Below are positions 57,310 to 64,000 of a stretch of DNA of 64,000 nucleotides, piece after piece. The notes beneath the pieces are model-generated. The model saw only the letters and a program-made list of their open reading frames with translations, was not told the DNA's origin and ran no database searches. Positions within the stretch are counted from its first letter, which is position 1; each line of letters opens with the position of its first letter. The translations under genes and the position numbers were made by a program. This DNA comes from Limnochordia bacterium (GTDB lineage: Bacteria > Bacillota > Limnochordia > DTU080 > RSA5), in NCBI GenBank assembly GCA_041686855.1, contig JAWLDA010000001.1, positions 111,700 through 175,699 of the forward strand, read 5' to 3'.

Positions 57310-59161
57310 CGAGTCGCACTCCGTTCCGGAAGATATGAACATCGTGATCGTGGGTCACGTCGACCACGGCAAGAGCACGATCATTGGCCGACTCCTCGCC
57401 GACACCGATGCCCTGCCTGAGGGAAAATTGGAGCAGGTGCGTGAGAGGTGCCGACGCAACAGTAGGCCTTTTGAGTACGCCTTTTTGTTGGATGCGCTCA
57501 AAGATGAGCAGGATCAAGGGATCACCATCGACGCCGCGCGGTGTTTCTTTAAAAGCTCCAAACGCAGGTACATCATCATCGACGCTCCGGGCCATATCGA
57601 GTTCCTCAAGAACATGGTGACCGGCGCCGCTCGTGCCGAGGCGGCACTCCTCGTCATTGACGCGACGGAGGGCGTTCAGGAGAATTCGAAGCGGCATGGT
57701 ACGCTCCTCTCCATGCTCGGCATCTCACAGATCTCCGTCCTGATCAACAAGATGGATCTTGTCGGCTACGATCAGGGTGTCTTTGATCGGGTCGTGGAGG
57801 AGTATCGGACGTTTCTCCACTCCATCAACGTGGAGGCATCCTCGTTTGTGCCTGTCAGCGGTATGGCCGGCGACAATATAGCGATCCGTTCCTCCTCCAT
57901 GCCATGGTACAGCGGAGCTCCCCTCCTTGAGGTCCTGGACGACTTCATGAATCCACCTTTACCGATCGACAAGCCATTGCGGATGCCGGTCCAAGGGGTC
58001 TACCGCTTCACGAATGACGGCGATCAACGAAGGATTGTCGCGGGAACGGTGGAGAGTGGCCGCCTCAGAGTAGGCGACACGATTCGCTTCTCGCCCTCGG
58101 GCAAGCAGAGTCAAGTGAAGTCGATCGAAGCGTTTAACGCACCCCAACCGCCGACAGAGGCAGTAACTGGGTGGGCGACGGGTTTTACACTCTCGGAGCA
58201 AATCTATATCACCCGCGGCGAGATCGCATCGCGGGTCGATGAAGAGCCGCCCGCGGTCGCCTCGGCGTTGCGGGTGAATCTCTTTTGGCTAGGCAAAAAG
58301 CCGTTGCAGATAGGCAAGGTGTACCACCTAAAGCTCGGAGCGGCCAAAGTTGCCGCTCGGCTTGCCGAGGTTCGCGAAGTGCTCGACGCCTCCAACCTTA
58401 CGCGCGACTCCAAGCGCGAGCGGGTCGACCGCCACGAAGTCGCAGAGTGTGTGCTGCGGCTCAGTGCCCCGGTCGCCTTCGATACCGTCGACACAAATGA
58501 GCACACGTCTCGTTTTGTGATCGTCGATGACTACGAGATCGCAGGTGGCGGTATCATCCTTGAACCCTACCAGGAGAGTGTGGTGTGGCATCAGGGGCTG
58601 GTTACGTACGAGGACCGCTGTAGAGTCCTTGGCCACGAAGGTCTTGTCCTTTGGTTCACTGGGCTCTCCGGTTCCGGAAAGTCGACGATTTCGGCCGCCG
58701 TCGAGCGCCATCTGAACGCGGCCGGCCGGGCGACTTATCGGTTGGACGGCGACAACATCCGTCACGGTCTCTCAAGTGATCTGGGATTTAGCGGAGCGGA
58801 CCGGGACGAGAATATTCGCCGGATCGCAGAGGTTGCAGCGCTCTTCGCCGACGCAGGGTTGATCACGCTCGTCTCGTTTATATCACCGACCGCGGCGATG
58901 CGGCAGTTTGCCCGTGAACGAGTTGGCGCGGCTCGATTTGTCGAGATCCACGTGAAAGCTGACATCGAGACGTGCGCCAAGCGGGACCCCAAGGGAATGT
59001 ATCAGCGAGCCCGCCGCGGTGAGATCAAGGAGTTCACCGGTGTCTCGGCGCCCTACGAAGCGCCGAATTCTCCGGATCTGGTTGTCGAAACCGATGCTCG
59101 CTCAGTGGAAGTGTGTGTGGCTGACGTGTTGGAACTCGTACGAGCAAGGGAAGGAGCTTAA
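57266..59161 (+). CDS. cysNC: bifunctional sulfate adenylyltransferase subunit 1 / adenylylsulfate kinase (CysN-CysC fusion)
   Basis: GTPase P-loop [10 protein letters not shown]-terminal APS kinase domain with P-loop GLSGSGKST. Start (Met16 of the ORF) is chosen by analogy to the CysN N-terminus length. It overlaps the cysD 3' end, so translational coupling is likely. Confidence 0.8.
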   Translation: MAVDLKRFAEKGTCNESHSVPEDMNIVIVGHVDHGKSTIIGRLLADTDALPEGKLEQVRERCRRNSRPFEYAFLLDALKDEQDQGITIDAARCFFKSSKRRYIIIDAPGHIEFLKNMVTGAARAEAALLVIDATEGVQENSKRHGTLLSMLGISQISVLINKMDLVGYDQGVFDRVVEEYRTFLHSINVEASSFVPVSGMAGDNIAIRSSSMPWYSGAPLLEVLDDFMNPPLPIDKPLRMPVQGVYRFTNDGDQRRIVAGTVESGRLRVGDTIRFSPSGKQSQVKSIEAFNAPQPPTEAVTGWATGFTLSEQIYITRGEIASRVDEEPPAVASALRVNLFWLGKKPLQIGKVYHLKLGAAKVAARLAEVREVLDASNLTRDSKRERVDRHEVAECVLRLSAPVAFDTVDTNEHTSRFVIVDDYEIAGGGIILEPYQESVVWHQGLVTYEDRCRVLGHEGLVLWFTGLSGSGKSTISAAVERHLNAAGRATYRLDGDNIRHGLSSDLGFSGADRDENIRRIAEVAALFADAGLITLVSFISPTAAMRQFARERVGAARFVEIHVKADIETCAKRDPKGMYQRARRGEIKEFTGVSAPYEAPNSPDLVVETDARSVEVCVADVLELVRAREGA

Positions 59162-60804
59162 TGATGGCCAAACGAGAGCGAACGAGAGCGGTGCGACGAG
59201 AGAAGCCGTTGACGTGGGAAGAGGTACGCTCCCGAAACTCGGTCGAACGGATCAAGCACGAGAAGCAACCGTTCGACCTGATCGACGAGCTACCCCGATT
59301 GGCCGAGACGCCTTACGAGGCCATTGATGAAAACGACATCCTGCGCCTACAGTGGTGGGGACTCTACCACGACAAGCCCAAGATCGGGCACTTTATGATG
59401 CGAGTGAAGATCCCCGGGGGCGTCCTGACGGCTGAGCAGCTGCGCGTGATTGGTCGCCTCTCGGTCGAATTCGGTCAAAATAAAGGCGAGCTCACCACCA
59501 GACAGTGCATTCAACTGCACAACATCGAACTCCCCAACTTGCCGGAGATCTTCCAGATCATGAAAGAGGCGGAGCTCACGACAGCCGGGGCGTGCGGAGA
59601 TATCCTGCGTAACATCACGAGCTGCCCCGTAGCCGGAATCGATCCTCATGAACTCTTTGACACCCGCCCCGTGATCGACGAATTGGCCGCTTTCTTCTAC
59701 GGCAATCGGGAGTACAGCGATCTCCCGCGCAAGCACAAGTGGACCCTAGCGGCCTGCCCACACCACTGCAATGTACCGGAGATTCACGATATCGGCTTGA
59801 TCGGTACGGTACAGGACGGGGAGGTCGGCTTTGCCATCACAGTCGGCGGTGGACTCTCTACAGCGCCGCGCATCGCTCAGTCCTTTGGCGTCTTTGTCCG
59901 ACCCGAAGAGGCGCGGGAGGTGCTTCAGGGCCTCCTCGACATTTGGAGTAACGATCTGACCTACCGCCGATCCCGCGGTAAGGCTCGGTTTAAGTTTATG
60001 GTCGACGATCACGGTCCCGACGGTGTGCGCGAGCGCCTCGAATCACACCTGGGACGTGCGCTCACCCCTCTCAAGGAGGCGCCAACGCCGATCGGACGCA
60101 CCGATCACATGGGAGTGCACGCCCAAAAGCAACAAGGACTGCACTACATCGGCTTCCCCGTCTTCCCCGGACTCATCACCGGTGAGCAAATGATGGCGGT
60201 AGCGGAGATTCTCGCGGAGTACGGCAACGATTTTCGCATCACCCGCGAGCAAAACTTCATCCTCACCGGAATTGCCACGGCCGACGTGGAGCAGGTAATC
60301 GCCCGGATGGCTGCGCTCGGCTTCTCGCTTGACGTCAACCCCGTGCGCGGTCACAGCATCGGCTGCACCGGCAATCCCTACTGCAACTTTGCCGTGGGCG
60401 AGACCAAGCCGCGCCTCGTCCGCCTCATTGATCACTTGGAGGCGCGATTTGGCGAGGCCATCGCCGACTTGCGCTTTCATCTCGACGGCTGCCCCCATGC
60501 CTGCGGTCAGCATTTCATCGGAGACATCGGTTTTCAAGGGACCACCAAGCGCACTGACGATGGCAAGATTCAGGCGTATGACATTTTCCTTCGGGGCGGT
60601 ATGGGCAAAGAGGCTGCGATCGGCAAACCGATTTTGCGCCGGGTCGCTACCGATGACTTGGAGCTTTACGTGGAGCGGCTCCTCTCACTTTACCTGAGTG
60701 AGCGGCGTTCTGAGGAGACGCTTCAGCAGTTTTGCGCCGCCAAGAGTGACGAGGAGATCGTCGCTGTCATGGAAGGCGCGCTCTCCGAAAGGAGCGTAGG
60801 CTGA
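59161..60804 (+). CDS. sir: ferredoxin-dependent sulfite reductase (siroheme hemoprotein, NirA/Sir family)
   Basis: Nitrite/sulfite reductase ferredoxin-like half-domains and siroheme-Fe4S4 Cys cluster (CPHAC...C motifs). GGAAGGAG 6 bp before ATG. Confidence 0.85.
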   Translation: MMAKRERTRAVRREKPLTWEEVRSRNSVERIKHEKQPFDLIDELPRLAETPYEAIDENDILRLQWWGLYHDKPKIGHFMMRVKIPGGVLTAEQLRVIGRLSVEFGQNKGELTTRQCIQLHNIELPNLPEIFQIMKEAELTTAGACGDILRNITSCPVAGIDPHELFDTRPVIDELAAFFYGNREYSDLPRKHKWTLAACPHHCNVPEIHDIGLIGTVQDGEVGFAITVGGGLSTAPRIAQSFGVFVRPEEAREVLQGLLDIWSNDLTYRRSRGKARFKFMVDDHGPDGVRERLESHLGRALTPLKEAPTPIGRTDHMGVHAQKQQGLHYIGFPVFPGLITGEQMMAVAEILAEYGNDFRITREQNFILTGIATADVEQVIARMAALGFSLDVNPVRGHSIGCTGNPYCNFAVGETKPRLVRLIDHLEARFGEAIADLRFHLDGCPHACGQHFIGDIGFQGTTKRTDDGKIQAYDIFLRGGMGKEAAIGKPILRRVATDDLELYVERLLSLYLSERRSEETLQQFCAAKSDEEIVAVMEGALSERSVG

Positions 60805-61634
60805 TGGCGCAACCAGAGGTGTCTCGGCAGGGGGAAGCCGAGCGTGAATTGCTTATGGATGACTACGAAGCGGGTGAGCTCTCGGTCTTTTTCGAAGACA
60901 AGGAGCCAGAGGACGTCCTCGAATGGGCGTTTGAGCGCTTTGGGCCGGAGCGGTTCGCTCTGGTCTCCAGCTTTCAGGCTGAGGCCGTAGTCCTCATCGA
61001 CATGGCGTGGCGGATCAACGACCAGGTGCGCGTGGTAACCGTCGACACCGGACGCCTGCCCCAAGAGACGTACGAACTGATTGACAGGGTCCGTGATGAG
61101 TACGGTATTCCAATCGAAGTGGTCGTGCCTGATTCGCGCATGACACAAAAGATGGTCTCACGCAACGGCGTCAACCTTTTTTACAAGAGTGTCGAGATGC
61201 GGCTCCTCTGCTGTCACGTGCGCAAAGTGCTCCCGTTGACGGGGATCTTGGAGGAGCTCGATGGTTGGGCGACGGGGTTGAGGCGCGGTCAGTGGGCCAC
61301 CCGCGGTAACATTCGCAAGGTGGATATCGATCACGATCACGGTGGGCTGGTGAAGGTGAGTCCTCTGGCGGACTGGAGCGACGACGCGGTCTGGGAGTAC
61401 ATCCGGGACAATGACGTGCCGTACCATGCGCTCTACGACAAGGGGTTCACCAGCATTGGGTGTGCGCCGTGCACGCGTCCGGTTGAGCCCGGCCAAGATG
61501 CCCGCAGTGGCCGGTGGTGGTGGGAGAACGGCGCACCGAAGGAGTGCGGCATGCACTGCCCGATCGAGACGGGTGGTTTTGAGCATGAGGTTGAGGCGAT
61601 CCTTGGGGAACGAGCGGAAATGAGGGGCGAGTGA
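60804..61634 (+). CDS. cysH: adenylyl-sulfate (APS) reductase, thioredoxin-dependent, [4Fe-4S] type
   Basis: PAPS/APS reductase fold. The CC (LLCCHVRK) plus KECGMH motifs are diagnostic of the APS-reductase subtype. Confidence 0.85.
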   Translation: MAQPEVSRQGEAERELLMDDYEAGELSVFFEDKEPEDVLEWAFERFGPERFALVSSFQAEAVVLIDMAWRINDQVRVVTVDTGRLPQETYELIDRVRDEYGIPIEVVVPDSRMTQKMVSRNGVNLFYKSVEMRLLCCHVRKVLPLTGILEELDGWATGLRRGQWATRGNIRKVDIDHDHGGLVKVSPLADWSDDAVWEYIRDNDVPYHALYDKGFTSIGCAPCTRPVEPGQDARSGRWWWENGAPKECGMHCPIETGGFEHEVEAILGERAEMRGE

Positions 61635-61635
61635 G

Positions 61636-62094
61636 ATGGCACTGGAGTTAAGTGAAGGTCAACAGGCGTTGATAGTTGACGAGGCGGCGGCCTTTGCCGA
61701 GCGTGTAGAGAATCCGGCGATCAAAGAAGCGTACCACCGCCTGCGCGACGAAGCGTCAGCCGGGGCGCTCTCTGATGAGTTGGACGAGGCGTGCGCGAAC
61801 ATGCTCGAACTCGGACTCAGCAGCGGGCGCATCCGCGCCTTGCACGGCGCCCATGCAGAGATGGAGGCGACCAAACTCTTCCGTAAGACGGCTAAAGGTC
61901 GTGAGCTCGACTCACAATTTGAGGCGGCCAACCGGATGTTTTCGGCGCTTGCGGGCCATACGGTCCGCAAAGTGACTCTCTCTGCTCGAGGTCCAGGGAT
62001 GTACACCCTTGTCGTGGAGACTGAGGAATCCCGAGTGGTCACCAACGTGGGCCAAAACGGTGTCGATGTGCGCAGCGTCGAAGTCGCGTTGTGA
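61636..62094 (+). CDS. hypothetical acidic 152-aa protein embedded in the sulfate-assimilation/siroheme operon
   Basis: Tightly packed: 2 bp after the cysH stop, GTGA overlap with the next gene. No recognisable motif. Confidence 0.5.
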   Translation: MALELSEGQQALIVDEAAAFAERVENPAIKEAYHRLRDEASAGALSDELDEACANMLELGLSSGRIRALHGAHAEMEATKLFRKTAKGRELDSQFEAANRMFSALAGHTVRKVTLSARGPGMYTLVVETEESRVVTNVGQNGVDVRSVEVAL

Positions 62095-62828
62095 TAGGGG
62101 AGAAGAACGTGAGCAAAAGCCAAAGCGAGTATGTACAACGGATCGGATGGGACGGGCCGATGACCACCTATCCGGTCTTCCTCGTCGGCCTCGCCCGGCG
62201 TCGGTGCGTCGTTGTTGGGGGAGGAACGATTGCCACGGAGAAGGTGCATGGACTCCTCAATGGTGGAGCAACGTGTGTCGATGTCGTCAGTACTGAGCTC
62301 TCTCCCCAGCTCCGATCCCTCCTCGAGGCGGGTCGCGTCCGTCATGTAGGGGAGCGCTTCGTTCCAGAGCACGTCGACGGCGCCTTTTTGGTGATTGCTG
62401 CGACCGACGACTCTCACGTGAACGGCGCAGTCTTTGAGGCCGCCGAAGCGCGTGGGGTATTGGCCCAAGTTGTGGACGATCCGCCTCGCTGTGCATTCAT
62501 CATGCCGTCGATTGTGCGTCGGGGTGATCTCACGGTGGCGATTTCGACGGGAGGGGCGAGCCCGGCGCTCGCCTCTCGCCTGAAGGAGCGGCTGCAGGAG
62601 GAGCTCGGTGTGGAGTATCAACGATTCGTGGCCTTGGCCGGTCGCATTCGCCCGATGGTGATGGATCGCATCAAGGACCCCCAGGTGCGTAAGTCGCTGT
62701 GGTACCAAATCGTCGACTCGGAGATATTGACGCTCCTGCGCGAGGGGCGTGAAGCCGATGCCATGGCGGTTGCCGAGCGGCTGATCGACGCAGCGGTGAA
62801 CGAGAGCCGTCAGGCGGTGGGATCGTGA
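62091..62828 (+). CDS. precorrin-2 dehydrogenase / sirohydrochlorin ferrochelatase (SirC/Met8, CysG N-terminal-domain-like)
   Basis: YPVFLVGLARRRCVVVGGGTIATEK aligns with the CysG N-terminus (LPIFCQLRDRDCLIVGGG). Alternative start at Met24 (62160). Confidence 0.75.
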   Translation: MIGEKNVSKSQSEYVQRIGWDGPMTTYPVFLVGLARRRCVVVGGGTIATEKVHGLLNGGATCVDVVSTELSPQLRSLLEAGRVRHVGERFVPEHVDGAFLVIAATDDSHVNGAVFEAAEARGVLAQVVDDPPRCAFIMPSIVRRGDLTVAISTGGASPALASRLKERLQEELGVEYQRFVALAGRIRPMVMDRIKDPQVRKSLWYQIVDSEILTLLREGREADAMAVAERLIDAAVNESRQAVGS

Positions 62829-63946
62829 GCGCGGAGATCGTAAGTGAAGGCATCGTCTACCTCGTTGGGGCGGGTCCAGGGGATCCGGAATTGATCACGC
62901 GCCGGGGGTACGCCTATCTACAGCAGGCGAATGTGGTGGTGTTCGATCGGCTGATACCGCCCGCACTCTTGTGCGATGCGCCATTGGCGGCGGAACGCTA
63001 CTGCGTCGCAAAGTCACCGGGGCGACACCGGCTGAGTCAGCGTGAGATCGAGCGGCTCTTAGTCGCCAAAGCGCGGGAAGGAAAGGTGGTCGTCCGCCTT
63101 AAAGGCGGCGACCCTTTCTTGTTTGGACGTGGCGGCGAAGAGGTGCACGCGCTCAAGCAAGCGGGCGTCCGGGTTGAGGTTGTACCCGGAGTGAGCAGCG
63201 CCTTAGCAGTGCCGGCGGCGGTTGGTATACCGGTGACTCACCGTGGCATTTCGGACGGTGTTGCGGTATGGACCGGTCACCGCTCCGACAGTCGAAGGTG
63301 TCACGAACTCGACGCTCCGACACAAGTGGTTCTGATGGGCGTAGAGAGCTTGTCTGATACGGTGGCGGGGCTGATCGATGCGGGGCGGAGTCCTCAAACG
63401 CCGGTAGCCGTCATCTCTTGGGGAACCACGGCGCGCCAACGTTGGGTGATCGCGACGTTGGAGAGCATCGTCCGTCGGGTTGAGTTGGCGGGGTTGACCG
63501 CGCCGGCGACAGTGGTCGTGGGTGAGGTCGTCGCGTTGGCGCAGGCGGGCGAGGAGCGTGAGGAAGACGGCAGCCTGGCGGGCAAGCGGGTCGCCTACGT
63601 CTGTGCTGTCCGTCCCGGGGCAGAGGCGCATTCACTGGCTCGGCGACTCGCAGCGCAAGGCGTCGACTGTCGGGGAGCTGAGGTGTTTGCGCTCCCTATC
63701 GGTACGATTGCCAGAGTCGGTGCGGCTCCGCTGCCGGAGCCGGAGATGGTCGGCCTGCTCGACGACCTGATTCGTGAAGGAATGATCGACGTCATCCTCC
63801 TGGAGTCCTTACAGTGCCTAGAGACCATTGTGAGCGTGCAACCGGATCATGCTCTCTCGGTCGGTTTGCCTCGATGCATCGACGTCCGGCTCGTACCCGA
63901 AACGCGTGCCGCCGAAGTGAGAGGTGTTGTCGCCGAGTTTAGATAA
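62825..63946 (+). CDS. cobA: uroporphyrinogen-III C-methyltransferase (SUMT) with ~130-aa C-terminal extension
   Basis: VYLVGAGPGDPELIT and VVRLKGGDPFLFGRGGEE SUMT signatures. C-terminal extension could be a partial HemD-like domain. GTGA overlap with the upstream gene. Confidence 0.85.
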   Translation: MSAEIVSEGIVYLVGAGPGDPELITRRGYAYLQQANVVVFDRLIPPALLCDAPLAAERYCVAKSPGRHRLSQREIERLLVAKAREGKVVVRLKGGDPFLFGRGGEEVHALKQAGVRVEVVPGVSSALAVPAAVGIPVTHRGISDGVAVWTGHRSDSRRCHELDAPTQVVLMGVESLSDTVAGLIDAGRSPQTPVAVISWGTTARQRWVIATLESIVRRVELAGLTAPATVVVGEVVALAQAGEEREEDGSLAGKRVAYVCAVRPGAEAHSLARRLAAQGVDCRGAEVFALPIGTIARVGAAPLPEPEMVGLLDDLIREGMIDVILLESLQCLETIVSVQPDHALSVGLPRCIDVRLVPETRAAEVRGVVAEFR

Positions 63947-64000
63947 GTATCTCTTTAGCTTGCGACCTTAGGAGGCGCGCCGTTTAATGGGGACCACGTC

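Noticed and set aside
1-64000. Mobile elements, integrases, tRNA or rRNA genes
   Set aside because: None of the six-frame ORFs shows transposase (DDE), recombinase or phage signatures. No tRNA-like cloverleaf or rRNA-like conserved stretches were noticed, apart from the possible MITE-like inverted repeats at 11543-11715.

Overview
High-GC (~60-65%) bacterial chromosomal window with GGAGG-type ribosome-binding sites, frequent GTG/TTG starts and many 4-bp GTGA/ATGA stop-start overlaps. The phylum is not determinable from sequence alone. Signal peptidase-I-type (non-lipoprotein) solute-binding proteins (SBPs) suggest a periplasm-like compartment. One base present in the ORF-track coordinate system is missing from the displayed text near position 10440. 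I therefore use ORF-track coordinates; motifs I located by hand after 10440 are shifted by +1.

The content is almost entirely an accessory carbohydrate/organic-acid catabolic region with very unusual family enrichment:
- 11 Gfo/Idh/MocA-family NAD(P) oxidoreductases.
- 5 xylose-isomerase-like TIM-barrel sugar-phosphate isomerase/epimerase proteins.
- 6 ABC-type sugar SBPs, one of them frameshifted, with no ABC permease or ATPase gene anywhere in the 64 kb.
- 5 local regulators: AraC, ROK, LacI, GntR, plus one candidate operator.
- Two paralogous AXE1-like esterases, an S9 peptidase, a CocE/NonD hydrolase, an M20 peptidase, a cytoplasmic Cys-type sulfatase, an amidohydrolase-2 protein, a stand-alone Rieske protein, a GNAT and a DUF4838 protein.
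- A methylcitrate-cycle operon (GntR-prpD-prpC-prpB plus a crotonase).
- A complete assimilatory sulfate-reduction/siroheme operon at the 3' end (cysD, cysNC, sir, APS-reductase-type cysH, a SirC-like gene and cobA).

The most unusual non-genic structure is a ~1.5 kb intergenic region (37.65-39.12 kb) carrying three different tandem-repeat families. One of them is a ~230-243 bp unit present ~3.3 times, each copy carrying a Shine-Dalgarno-like site plus a small Arg-rich ORF.

Other notable features:
- Lower-GC islets at ~9.2-10.5 kb (a secreted glycine-zipper protein plus a 4-TM protein) and ~16.9-19.8 kb (two consecutive frameshifted genes, one at an A7 slippery run).
- Several perfect hairpin terminators.
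- A near-consensus sigma70 promoter followed by a 16-bp perfect palindrome in front of cysD.

No rRNA, tRNA, CRISPR array, transposase or integrase was recognised.
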